Notes under the pieces: model-generated | Told to the model about the DNA's origin: nothing | The model's database searches: none | Seen by the model: only the letters and a program-made list of their open reading frames with translations | DNA from: a bacterium | Lineage (GTDB): Bacteria > Hinthialibacterota > Hinthialibacteria > Hinthialibacterales > Hinthialibacteraceae | Length of the DNA stretch: 54,543 nt | Direction: 5' to 3' | Assembly: GCA_963663405.2 (NCBI GenBank) | Contig: CAXXSM010000151.1 | Location: forward strand, 1-54,543 | Shown here: one piece after another, positions 43,649 to 53,949 of the stretch | Numbering within the stretch: the stretch's first letter is position 1 | How the letters are laid out: each line of letters begins with the position of its first letter | Position numbers and translations under genes: made by a program

Positions 43649-45577
43649 TTAAGGTGCAGTCAATGGACGATCCGAAAAAACAATCCGCCAATCCAATACT
43701 TCATACACCATGAGTTTTGATGTTTGCAGCGAAAGATTAATGATTTGATTAGACACTAGCCGGTCCGTTGGATCTTCTAGATTTTTCTGTAACTCGGTTA
43801 CTTGTGAATTTAGCCGCTTCAAATGTTCCGCCATGGCCATAGATCGTTTACTGATACGCGCAAATTCACCTTGATATTTAATCCCCACTAACGCTGCGCC
43901 TATTGAAGGCAGTCCTGCGCATGCGATCGTCATCCAAGATTCGTATGCATGGAGAATCTCCGTATGCATAATAAATTGAACGCCATGCAGTGTGATGGAG
44001 AAAAAAGTTGCGATAAATAATATTATACCGTATCGGTGAAGCCGGGATTCGATATGACTATACGTTTGACTTGCATCAATATGAAAATTCAATTGTTCGT
44101 TTATTACTTTCTGTATACTTTTTAGATATTCTGAAAGAAACTTTGAATCCATCCGTATTGATGGCAAACCCGTTTCTCGTGCGATGGAAAAGACATGCCA
44201 AAACATCCAGGATCGATGCGGATCACCGTAGGAACGTAAATGAATTGGCTGTTTCGGTATGGGATGTCCTCCGCCAAGAATCCATAAAAATCGGTGTTGT
44301 CGTATCAATTCCGCTAGCACGCGATAATCTATCCAACGATCATGCCAGCAACGTTTTCGTCCCAAAAAGATCAACCAAACGATCAGACTAACTACAAGCA
44401 ATTCTGAAAAAATACAGACGGCTTCTACGTGATAATGGTAGATACTCTCAACCAATAAACCAAGCGGTAATAGCGCTAATAGAACCGCAAAGGCTGAAAG
44501 GATGTAACATAAAATATAAGCGCTTCGATATGCGTCTCCACACAGATTCGCAAGGTAGTCAGCCCAAGAATAATGATAACATAACCGTTGTTTAATCTGG
44601 TTAATGGACGAATTTTGATTTCCAAGCTGGTTTGGATTGATGATTGAATCCACTGGTGGAATTGTAAGTTCCGGAATATGGATTTTATATTTTCCTATTA
44701 AATCTCGAAAAAATTTCCATACAAAGAAGAAATTCCAGGATCGTTGTTTTTCGTTCAGATAGGTGTCGTGATTAATCTTCTGATCCGGTGAAGTGTATTC
44801 GGGAGGTTTGAGTGTATCGAATACGATTTTTTTGATCTCTTCTGTTAATTTTTGTTCAGATTCATTTTTATCTGCTTCGGCTGGAGAATTGACAATTTTA
44901 TTCAGGTCATCGTAAATGATGAATCTCCACGGATGTGGAGCATCAGCGTGAATCCATATGACTGGGATTTGATAGGTCAGGGCTTTTCGAAGTGTAAACG
45001 CGGTTCCTCCTACGTCTTGAGATTCCTTGCCGTTCCATACCACTATTAAAAGGTCGGATTGGTTTAAGACAATTTTTCCCACAGCCGCATACGATTCATT
45101 TTCACGTTTACGACAACCATCGAGTTCAAATCGGGATAAATCCTTTTTTTCTTCAGCTAAGTCTAGGATCTTACGAAATTGGTAAAGAGAATCATCAACT
45201 AGAGCTTTACCAGCAATAAAATCTTTCTCATATTCTTCTTGTTTAAAAGGCATGGGACAGTCTAAATGATAATCTTGTTCGAGCGCTTTTTCCGCAAATA
45301 GCCGGTCTGTTCCCTCCGCTAAAGGAGAAATGGCTCGAAGTATAGGTATCTCATTATTATAAAGTTCCTTGTAACTGTAATAATATGCTCTAATTGCATT
45401 TTTTATATCCAATAAGAGTGATTTTAATCGTTCTTCAAGGAGTGGTATATCCGCGCTTTGCAAATGATTTGGCCTATGTCCAAGTATACCGACTCGATAT
45501 GTTAGGCGAGTTCGAGGCGGATTGGTATGTACTTTATGTATAGGAGTTTGGTTAATAGATACAGTGTTAACTTTCAT
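43649..45577 (-). CDS. SLOG (YspA/DUF1273-like) domain fused to two SLATT-type 2TM modules
   Basis: N-terminus GILGHRP, SPLAEGTDRLFA, PMPF, SDLLIVVWNG..GGT..IPV. The C-terminus has two TM hairpins with ADYLA..WHDRWIDYRVLAELIR and QLNFH..EVLDW. Confidence 0.75.
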   Translation of the reverse strand: MKVNTVSINQTPIHKVHTNPPRTRLTYRVGILGHRPNHLQSADIPLLEERLKSLLLDIKNAIRAYYYSYKELYNNEIPILRAISPLAEGTDRLFAEKALEQDYHLDCPMPFKQEEYEKDFIAGKALVDDSLYQFRKILDLAEEKKDLSRFELDGCRKRENESYAAVGKIVLNQSDLLIVVWNGKESQDVGGTAFTLRKALTYQIPVIWIHADAPHPWRFIIYDDLNKIVNSPAEADKNESEQKLTEEIKKIVFDTLKPPEYTSPDQKINHDTYLNEKQRSWNFFFVWKFFRDLIGKYKIHIPELTIPPVDSIINPNQLGNQNSSINQIKQRLCYHYSWADYLANLCGDAYRSAYILCYILSAFAVLLALLPLGLLVESIYHYHVEAVCIFSELLVVSLIVWLIFLGRKRCWHDRWIDYRVLAELIRQHRFLWILGGGHPIPKQPIHLRSYGDPHRSWMFWHVFSIARETGLPSIRMDSKFLSEYLKSIQKVINEQLNFHIDASQTYSHIESRLHRYGIILFIATFFSITLHGVQFIMHTEILHAYESWMTIACAGLPSIGAALVGIKYQGEFARISKRSMAMAEHLKRLNSQVTELQKNLEDPTDRLVSNQIINLSLQTSKLMVYEVLDWRIVFSDRPLTAP

Positions 45578-45811
45578 AATCGGTTTATTCTCAATCTGAT
45601 TAGGAGTAATTTTTTAAGTAATATTCACTAAATTGATGTATAATACCAAACTGTATTTATTTTGCATACCCCCTTCGAAAAGATATATTCTAAATTCTAA
45701 ACATATAATTTTAAAAAAAAGAGAACCTATCACATTAATGACTATTGACTTTTCCCTAATTTGTTTTTTTGAAGAATTACAATTTCGCTACTGCGTGATT
45801 AACGACTGGCG

Positions 45812-46913
45812 TCACTCACCCTCATAAATGGAATTGAGGTAGGAATCGGAGAAGGGGCTTGTATTTTCGTAGTGGTTTTCTTTGTCGGGGAAACTGTGGA
45901 GGGGGCGGCGGCGCTGGAGTTGGCGGTCGCTGCGGGCTTCATTAAAGAGATCCAGCATTTCGAGCAGGAAATGATAGGAATGATTGGGATCTTGGATCGA
46001 TTCTTCTTGATGAAGAATAACAACGTCCACCCCGCCCGACAACGCTTGTCATTTGGTGAGCTTTCAGTTGAGCGCTGGAACCGGCGACCCGATTGCGGCT
46101 GACCTTCTCAACCATGACAATCCCTTCGCGCACGGCGACGACCGTTTTATCCTTTGAAATCACGCCATTCGACACATAAAACTGGGTGCCGAAGACTCGC
46201 ACCCGCGCATTGGGACACCGGACTGTAAAACCTTCCCGCGCAGGCCGGACATCAATGTAGAGTTCACCGTGTCCGAGTTTAATCTGCCGGTCTTGTCCAA
46301 TACCGGCCACGAGGGTGTCGTGATGTTCATCTTGAAAGGCTTCCACAGTGAAGAGCGTTTCATACGTCGCATAGATAATGGAGCCATCAGGAAATTCGAA
46401 AAACTCTCCATTCGGATCCGTCACCCGGAACGGCGCGGGGATAAAGCAACGTTCATATTGGTTTTTATGCTTAATATGGATAAACCGCTCATCAAGCGCG
46501 TTGCTCATATTGAGTGTAAAATAGGTACCGAGTATGCAGATCAGAAGCGTGGCCGCCAACGCGGTTTGCCTCCACCCTTGCAGGAACAGATTTTGTACGC
46601 CGTCCCGGATCCAATCGGCGATTCGATACCAGATTAGGGACGTTTTCGGTTCGGGCAGGGATTGCATCAGCCGGTCGGTGAACTCCTCCTTTGGAAGATC
46701 GGCCTGGATTTCATGCCGGAGAATCCCCGCGATTCGTTTTTCCTGCTCTTCCAGTTCCTGCCAGTAATGATTACAGGCGGCGCAGTGGAGGAGATGCCGT
46801 TCGACACGAGAACGGCTGGAGGGGGAGATTTCATTATCCAAATAGAGGATAATTTCCTGTTCCCACTCTGTGCTGCAGCAGTAAGATTCTGTGTTGCAAT
46901 AATTAGAATCCAT
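45812..46913 (-). CDS. zf-HC2/FecR-type anti-sigma factor (frameshift near 46035)
   Basis: YLDNEI..VERHLLHCAAC; TM; FPDGS..L..GELYIDV..F.V....VRVFGTQFYV..VAVREGIV. Confidence 0.85.
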
Positions 46914-47469
46914 GCTCTTCTCTCCACTCTTGTTCCACCCCTTCCCGCAAGAGCCTTCGTCCTTCGAAGAGGCGGGAACGGACCAGATCCACCGAAAGGT
47001 CAAGCATTTCAGAGATTTCTTGATACGTTAGGTCTTTCAGATATTTTAAGTGTAATAAGATCCGGTATTTTTCCGGCATTGATTCCAATTTCTTCATCAT
47101 CGTCCTAAGCATTTCCTCATTGGGATCGTCAACGCCACGCATGGAAATCACGTTACCCACTTTAGCAGGTGGAACCTCATCCAATGAGTCCGTTTCGACA
47201 TGTTTCTTTCGTAACGCTTCGTAACATAAATTCCGAGTGATTCCATAGAGCCAGGAACCGAATTTTTTCTGATCTTTCAACTCGCGCAGTTTTTTAAATG
47301 CCATCAAAAACGCTTCTTGCGAAAGATCCTGCGCCTCTGACGAATTACGCAACAGACTATAGGCTAATACAAAAATCTTCTGCTGGTATTTTTCCACCAG
47401 AGGCCGGTAGAACTCTTGATTGCCCGACAGAACCTGCTTGATCAATGTAACTTCCGTGGTATTCATCAT
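46903..47469 (-). CDS. ECF sigma-70 factor
   Basis: EAQDLSQEAFL, FGSWLYGITRN, MPEKYR..LTYQEIS..VRSRL. Confidence 0.93.
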   Translation of the reverse strand: MMNTTEVTLIKQVLSGNQEFYRPLVEKYQQKIFVLAYSLLRNSSEAQDLSQEAFLMAFKKLRELKDQKKFGSWLYGITRNLCYEALRKKHVETDSLDEVPPAKVGNVISMRGVDDPNEEMLRTMMKKLESMPEKYRILLHLKYLKDLTYQEISEMLDLSVDLVRSRLFEGRRLLREGVEQEWREEHGF

Positions 47470-47879
47470 AATGATTCTTTCGATGCCCGGCTCTATAAAA
47501 TTGTATCACAAAAATGTTTAATTGTCCGGACATTTTACTTTAATTTTACAGATCAATTCCCCACAAAATAATTGGTTTAATCCCATTGGTCGGTGAAAAT
47601 TCGCTTTCTTTACATCTTTTTACACAATTCATTGGACACTTTGCCTCGATTTAGATATTTTATGCGAAAATATTTTCAATTCGAAGTCATATGAAGATAT
47701 GATTGGAATATTTCTTTACATATAAACAAAAGGCTTTGTAAATAGAATTCAAGTAAAGCCGCTATCGCTATTCAATGGGATTTAAGCGAAAACAAACATT
47801 CAGTTTATATACCGAGGGGAAACGAGAAAGAAAGAAGCGCTGCAATGTTTCCATCTTGTGGAAGATTTGTCATCTTTGC

Positions 47880-48057
47880 TGTGGCGCTGACTCCTTGGGG
47901 GTATGAGAGTACTACACGTTTTATTCGCTCGCGCAGGCAGGATAAAAAAGGCCTGTGTGGGTACCGGGAGAGTAGGCGGGAGGGTGAGACATCCGGAACA
48001 CTACGTTAACAGGGTTAACCGGCCTCTGTTTCGCCCTCCCACTTCCGCTGTTTTTTC
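47880..48057 (+). ncRNA. Candidate structured RNA (unclassified)
   Basis: GC-rich patch in an AT-rich spacer, with several G-U-containing stems that pair on the + strand, a GAGA tetraloop and a 3' U-tract. Confidence 0.4.
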
Positions 48058-48119
48058 TAGTAATTGAGATGGTTTTCCTTAAACTACGATTCCTAAAATC
48101 ATGATTAGATTGTTACACT

Positions 48120-49277
48120 TTATCCTTGCTTATTAATAATTTCTTTTGTAATCCGGCGGGCCTCTCTGTCAACTTCAGCGATTTGTTCAAGAGTGTAATC
48201 CTGAATTGGGTGATGAAGCGCGCCGCTTTGCTCTAATAACCGTGGAATGGCTCCAAATGGGATCCGTTCCTTCAGATAGGCGTCGACCACTTCCTCGTTA
48301 GCCGCCGATAGGTAGGCGGGCATTGTTCCACCGGCGCGAGCGGCGTCATAAGCGAGGGCCAGGCAGGGGAAACTCTTGAGATCGGGTGGGAAGAAGGTCA
48401 GTTCCGAGGTTTCAAGAAGATCGAGTTTCCGGCCGGTCCGTTCAATTCGATCGGGGTAGGAGAGCGCGTATTGAATCGGTGTCCGCATATCCGCGTCTCC
48501 CAATTGCGCCATGACCGATCCATCGATGAATTCAACCATGGAATGGATGATCGACTGGGGGTGAACAATGACGTTGATGCGGTCCAGTTCAATGTTGAAA
48601 AGATGACGCGCTTCAATCACTTCCAAGCCTTTATTGAAAAGAGTGGCGGAATCGATCGTGATTTTGGCCCCCATGTTCCATGTGGGATGATTCAGCGCTT
48701 CTTCGACGGATACGTTTTCATAATCTTCCGGTTTTAGCCCCCGAAACGGGCCGCCGGAGGCGGTAAGGATAATCCGGGCGATCTCTTCTTGTTTCCCGCA
48801 TTGGATGCATTGCATGATGGCGCTGTGTTCGCTGTCGATGGGGATGACGGAGATGTGGTGATCCCGCGCATTTTTCATCAATAGATCCCCCGCCATGGCC
48901 AGCACTTCCTTATTCGCAAGAGCGATCATTTTGCCCGAACGAACCGCTTCGAGTGTGGGTTGAAATCCCACTGCGCCGACGGTGGCGATCACGGCCACGT
49001 TTGCTTCTTCGACACGGGTGATCTCATTCAAACACTGTTCACCATCGATTAATGTTGTTTGATTGGGATTGATTTCACTTTGGATTTTCCGCGCCGCGTC
49101 TGTATCCACAATTCCCGCATATTTCGGATGGAATTCGCGAATCTGTTCCATCAATAGGTCCGCGTTTCGATGTGTGGCTAGCGCAACGACTTCAAATTTA
49201 TCGGGATGACGGCGCACAACATCAAGGCATTGCGTCCCGATTGATCCCGTCGAGCCTAATAAAACGAGTTTTTTCAT
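48120..49277 (-). CDS. dxr: 1-deoxy-D-xylulose-5-phosphate reductoisomerase
   Basis: LGSTGSIG, LANKE, PIDSEHSA, LTASGGPF, HPTWNMGAKITIDSATLFNKGLEVIEA, HPQSIIHSMV. Confidence 0.98.
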   Translation of the reverse strand: MKKLVLLGSTGSIGTQCLDVVRRHPDKFEVVALATHRNADLLMEQIREFHPKYAGIVDTDAARKIQSEINPNQTTLIDGEQCLNEITRVEEANVAVIATVGAVGFQPTLEAVRSGKMIALANKEVLAMAGDLLMKNARDHHISVIPIDSEHSAIMQCIQCGKQEEIARIILTASGGPFRGLKPEDYENVSVEEALNHPTWNMGAKITIDSATLFNKGLEVIEARHLFNIELDRINVIVHPQSIIHSMVEFIDGSVMAQLGDADMRTPIQYALSYPDRIERTGRKLDLLETSELTFFPPDLKSFPCLALAYDAARAGGTMPAYLSAANEEVVDAYLKERIPFGAIPRLLEQSGALHHPIQDYTLEQIAEVDREARRITKEIINKQG

Positions 49278-49322
49278 ATTCTTCTTCGATACAACCGATT
49301 GAATGTGATGTTTGATGTCTAA

Positions 49323-49513
49323 GGCTCATCCAGTAAATGAGTACGTTTTTTATAATCAATCGTTCCCAATTTATGGTAGATTGCGGAACCGATTCACCCA
49401 GACTTGAAAGTCTGGGCTAGTAAATATTGTCCTTACAGGACATAAGATTAGTTCTGGTTTAATCTCCAAGATTGTAATAGAAAGATTTCAATATACTCAA
49501 TTACCAGGTGACC
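49323..49513. mobile_element. 191-bp degenerate MITE-like element containing REP-like hairpins
   Basis: Ends GGCTCATCCAGTAAATGAGTAC and rc GGTCACCTGGTAATTGAGTAT resemble the 39434 MITE TIR. Internal hairpins CCCAGACT-TGAA-AGTCTGGG and TGTCCT-TAC-AGGACA. No clear TSD. Confidence 0.55.
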
Positions 49514-49675
49514 TAGATTTTAACCATTATACTGTATCCTGGTTTTACTTGAACTTTTAGAGCGTAGAAAAGATTCTTGACGTGTAATAAAAAGTAAACC
49601 ATATCGTAGCTTATATACGTTAGTTTTAAATGTCTGGTTATTTCGTATGAATTGCGGGAAAGGATTAGTTAGCGG

Positions 49676-51448
49676 TTGATGGTTGAAAACGTATTGGCTG
49701 AAACCATTCCCATTGCAAGGGATAAGAAGATTTTTTTTACCCGTCTATGGGACGCGTGTCCCCGTGTGTTTAACAATCCTATCATTTTACGTGAATTGAT
49801 CTCGATTCTGCGGAAACGGATCGCGTTTCTTTACCTGCTTCTCCTACTAGTTTTCGGGAGTTTCTATGTCCTCTTGATATGGAACGAATTTCTGATCGAT
49901 AACCCTCAGGACTTGCGCTCAATAATCATACGTAACCGTTTTTTGACGTTAAATGTGATCGAAGGCGGTTTTCTGATGTTTCTCGTTCCTCTATTTAGCG
50001 CCGTCTCCATCAATATTGAACGCGAGCGGAAGACGTGGGATCTCGTGCGAACGACTCCGCTAAGTCTTGCGAGTATTTTGTTTGGAAAATTTCTTTCTTC
50101 TATTTTCTTTGTGTGGATTCTGATTTGCTCTTTACTTGTTTTTTACGCGTTGATGTTACCACTTGGTGGTATTGATCCTTCCGAAGTGGTGTTGACATTT
50201 TTGCTCTATACGGAAATGACGGTTATCGCTTCTTTAATCGGTTTGTTTTGTTCGATTTGCTGGAAGCGGACGGTGACGGCGGTTTCGTTCGCCTATGGAT
50301 TTGTGTTTTGTTATTTTGTTGTGCTTCCCTTTCTCCGATATTTTATCACGTTCAAGATTACAGGCGGAACATCGTTCTTTTTTGAGTTTCTTCTTTCTCC
50401 TATTATTTTGTACCATTATTATTTGGGTCAATTACCGTGGAAGACTAGCGCTTGGATCGCGAACAACGCCTATACGATTCATGCGCTCGCTGCGGCTGGA
50501 GTGGCGCTGTTTCTTTTTTGTTTATGCGTGTGGATCCTCTCAATTCAAATCGATTCGGAATCCAAGGCATCCCGGCGGCGATATTGGACCGGTGGTTTCC
50601 TGCGTTGGCTGTACGCCAAAATGCCAAAGGAATCGCCGCTGTTATGGCAACTATCCCGGCATAACACAAATCCAATTTTTATTAAAGAGATGCGCGCGAT
50701 CAGTGGCTATAGAAGGTTGCCTTCTCTTTTATCACACATCTTGCTAGCGAGTGCGAGTGTTTTAGTTATCTCATTTCAAACAATCGTCTATTCTTATGAT
50801 GAATCGTGGATTTATCTGCCCGCTTGGACGGTATGTCTGCTTCCCTTTTTTATCCTTCCATACGCGGCCCATTCGTTCCGTGGGGAGAAGGATCAGGATA
50901 CTTGGATTTCATTGATTACAACAACAATTCCTTCGCGGACCATCCTCCGGGGGAAAGCCACGTTCGGTTTTGGACTCTTGATGAAACGGTTGCTCGCTTT
51001 TTCCATTCCGTGGATGTTGCTGTCAATTCTTTTTTCGTCGATCGGTCCGATCGACTCTGATTTTGCGGCGCTATATTTCTATTACGCTTTTACAATCTTC
51101 ACCGCGTTTGGATTGTTTTTATTGTGTCTTGGGATGTATTTGTCAATACATATGAAGAAAACCACGACGGCTTATGCGCTTTCGTTTGCAAGCGCGGCAT
51201 TCGTTAATTTCTGGTTTTTTGTTCTCGCCGACACACCTTTAGAGAGAGAACTTTTCTCATTTCTATCCAGCGTATCTCCCTTTTATCTGATGGTGATGAT
51301 GGGGTATGAAATCGAAACGACTTCGATGAGATATTACGAACACTTGGATTGGGCATGGATCTGTATTTTACAAACAGGTTGGATGCTTGCCGCCGCGCTA
51401 TTCTTCTATTGGCTGACGAAACGGCAAATCCACCGGCGGGTGGATTAG
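49676..51448 (+). CDS. ABC-2 type permease with an internally duplicated membrane domain
   Basis: NPII.REL, SINIERERKTWDL..TPLS..IL.GKF; second half NPIFIKEMR..F.GEKDQDTW..L.TT..I.GK. Confidence 0.85.
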   Translation: MMVENVLAETIPIARDKKIFFTRLWDACPRVFNNPIILRELISILRKRIAFLYLLLLLVFGSFYVLLIWNEFLIDNPQDLRSIIIRNRFLTLNVIEGGFLMFLVPLFSAVSINIERERKTWDLVRTTPLSLASILFGKFLSSIFFVWILICSLLVFYALMLPLGGIDPSEVVLTFLLYTEMTVIASLIGLFCSICWKRTVTAVSFAYGFVFCYFVVLPFLRYFITFKITGGTSFFFEFLLSPIILYHYYLGQLPWKTSAWIANNAYTIHALAAAGVALFLFCLCVWILSIQIDSESKASRRRYWTGGFLRWLYAKMPKESPLLWQLSRHNTNPIFIKEMRAISGYRRLPSLLSHILLASASVLVISFQTIVYSYDESWIYLPAWTVCLLPFFILPYAAHSFRGEKDQDTWISLITTTIPSRTILRGKATFGFGLLMKRLLAFSIPWMLLSILFSSIGPIDSDFAALYFYYAFTIFTAFGLFLLCLGMYLSIHMKKTTTAYALSFASAAFVNFWFFVLADTPLERELFSFLSSVSPFYLMVMMGYEIETTSMRYYEHLDWAWICILQTGWMLAAALFFYWLTKRQIHRRVD

Positions 51449-51466
51449 ATGGGGGTAGGAAAATCA

Positions 51467-53345
51467 ATGGAACAAAATGCAAATGTATTCTATAAAAGAA
51501 TGAGTACAAATATAGTTTCTTCTCTTCTTGATTGGCCTTGGCGGTTATGGCAAGAGCGGCCCCGTTTGTTTAATAATCCGGTGATCTTACGGGAACTAAC
51601 AGCGCAGTCGCGGAAGCGGATTTCATTCCTTTATCTATTGGGTTTTTTGTTAACCGGTTTTTTTTTGTTTGCTGTTCTGGTGGGCGAAATACTTACTTAA
51701 TGGAGGCAATGTCGGAAGACAAGTCCGGGAACTCTTCGCGCTGTTGAATTTTATAGAGGGATTTCTGATCTTATTTCTCGTGCCGCTGGTAAGCGCGATC
51801 AGTGTGAACATTGAACGAGAGCGGCGGACATGGGATCTCGTTATCACGGCCCCGCTTAGCCTGCTCAGTATCTTGTGGGGCAAGTTCTTTTCATCCGTGC
51901 TTTTCGTATGGATCATGATGCTTTCTCTGATCCCGATGTATGGGATGATGTTTACCACGGGAGGCCTTTCTCCTGAAGAATTGGTAATGAGTCTCAGCCT
52001 TTTGACGGAAGTGCTCTTCATCACCAATCTGATTGGTATTTACTGTTCGATCCTTTTGCCGCGTCCGGTATACGCTGTCTCCACAGCGTATGTATTAGTG
52101 GGATGTTATTTTTTCCTATTCCCGTTTCTAGTGCAGATTATCCGGGGCAGCGCAGGGCTGGAAATCCTTCTTTCCCCTCTTGTAATTGGTATCGCTTATT
52201 TCATGGAGGGGGGAACCGTTCCAGTGGATATGGCAACGTATCCTTGGGTTAGCAAGCACTATATCTTGTTTCACTTTATCCTTGTCTTATTTGTCATTCT
52301 GCTTCTATCGTGGTTGTGCGCGCGTGGATTGCGCCTGCAGTCATCCCGGTTTTGGAATAGCCCAATTTCGATGAAGAGATTCTCTCTACTGCGCAAGACA
52401 TCCAACCGGATCCAGCAATCCACGGTATTCCAGCAAGGATTGTTGTATCCCGATTGGCGGAATGTGATCCGTGTAAAGGAACTTCGGCTGCTATTTCGCC
52501 GAAATCCCAAACGTTTTATCTATGTTCTTTCTGGATTGGCTTGTTTGAGTCTCCTCTTTTTGTTTTTAACCAGTCACGATCAGCGTAACTTCATAAACTG
52601 GGATACGATGTGTGAGTATTGGATTTGGCTCATGTTTTGGGCGATTCTATTCTCGCCGCTTCTGATACTTCCCTACGCGGCCGACTGTTTCCGGGGGGAG
52701 AAGGACCGGGATACATGGATGCTGTTGCGGTCAACAACGCTGAAGGCCAATGAGATTGTGAAAGGGAAATTCGTGGCGGGATTGACTCTCTTTCATTGCC
52801 GGTTTTGGGCCTTGTTTGCGTTTTGGGGATTGGTTGGATTGATGGTCGCGAACAGCAGCGCGTATCGCCGGCATGAAACAGAATACGCGCTTCACGTTCT
52901 CTTCATCACGATACTAACCTGCTATTATTCATCAATTTTATTCATGACGATTGGCATGTATTTCTCGGCGCGGATGAAGAGAACAATTACAGTTTATGCG
53001 TTGAGTTTTTTATGCGCGCTGTTTATATTACTCGGCATCCCTTATTTCTCGATCCTCCTCGAAATTTCTCACTTACCAATTGGTATAGAGGCCGTTGCGC
53101 CATTAGGGGCTTTCTTTTCGCCATTCTTTTTACTTCTTACGCATGAAGCCTACGGATCCCCCATTCGTTTTAATCCAGGCGAGTCGATGTTTATTCTGCT
53201 GCTGCAGATGGTCTGGATGAGTGGTTTGAGCTGGTGGTTGTACCAACAGACGGTGAACACCATTCGAGAAGAAGTCCGGAGAGAGGCGATAAAGCATAAA
53301 TTAGCACGCTTGTTTGAAGATGAAGGGGCCATGTTTGAACGATGA
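51467..53345 (+). CDS. ABC-2 type permease paralog 2 (frameshift in the T-run near 51660)
   Basis: Same two-domain pattern; the N-terminus in ORF 51449-51700 joins ORF 51669-53345. Confidence 0.85.
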
Positions 53346-53381
53346 GAAACGGCGCATGAGTAAGCCGGATCGGATAGATTA

Positions 53382-53921
53382 ATGGAACAAAACGTATGTG
53401 TTTTAGATAGAAAATTCGGAAATCGCATTGTGTCTTCTCTTCTTGCTTTTCCTTGGCGCCTTTGGCAAGAGCGGCCCCGTTTGTTTAACAATCCTGTGAT
53501 CTTACGCGAGCTGACGGCGCAGTTGCGGAAGCGGATATCGTTTCTTTATCTGCTGGGTTTTTTACTCACCGGCTTTTTTTGCTTTCTCAGCTGGTGGAGC
53601 ACGTTTCGAAATTCGGGAGGGAATCTCGGTTCTCAAAGCCGGGAACTGTTTGGATTGTTGAATTTTCTGGAGGGCGCTCTCATTCTGTTTTTCGTGCCGT
53701 TGTTCAGCGCGATTAGCATAAACATTGAACGGGAGCGGGAGACGTGGGAACTCGTTTGTACGACGCCGCTGAGTTTACTGAGCATCCTATGGGGCAAGTT
53801 TCTTTCGTCCGTTCTTTTCGTGTGGTTCATGATGCTCTCTCTCATCCCTGTATATGGGATAATTTTTACAGTGGGTGGGCTTTCGCCCGAAGAGATCTTT
53901 GTCACGTTCATACTCTTGACA
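53382..53921 (+). pseudogene. ABC-2 permease paralog 3, truncated
   Basis: Collinear with paralog 2 up to LLT (~53920); similarity then stops abruptly. Confidence 0.8.
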
Positions 53922-53949
53922 AGCGCTGACTTTCAAAAGGAGCAGAGGC

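Noticed and set aside
156-53929. Numerous antisense/overlapping ORFs of 60-200 aa in the ORF track
   Set aside because: They are shadows of well-supported genes on another frame or strand.
53915-53935. attC site or IS200/IS605/IS91 end at the permease/HEPN junction
   Set aside because: Only a short CTTGAC motif; no subterminal hairpin or attC core pair could be verified.
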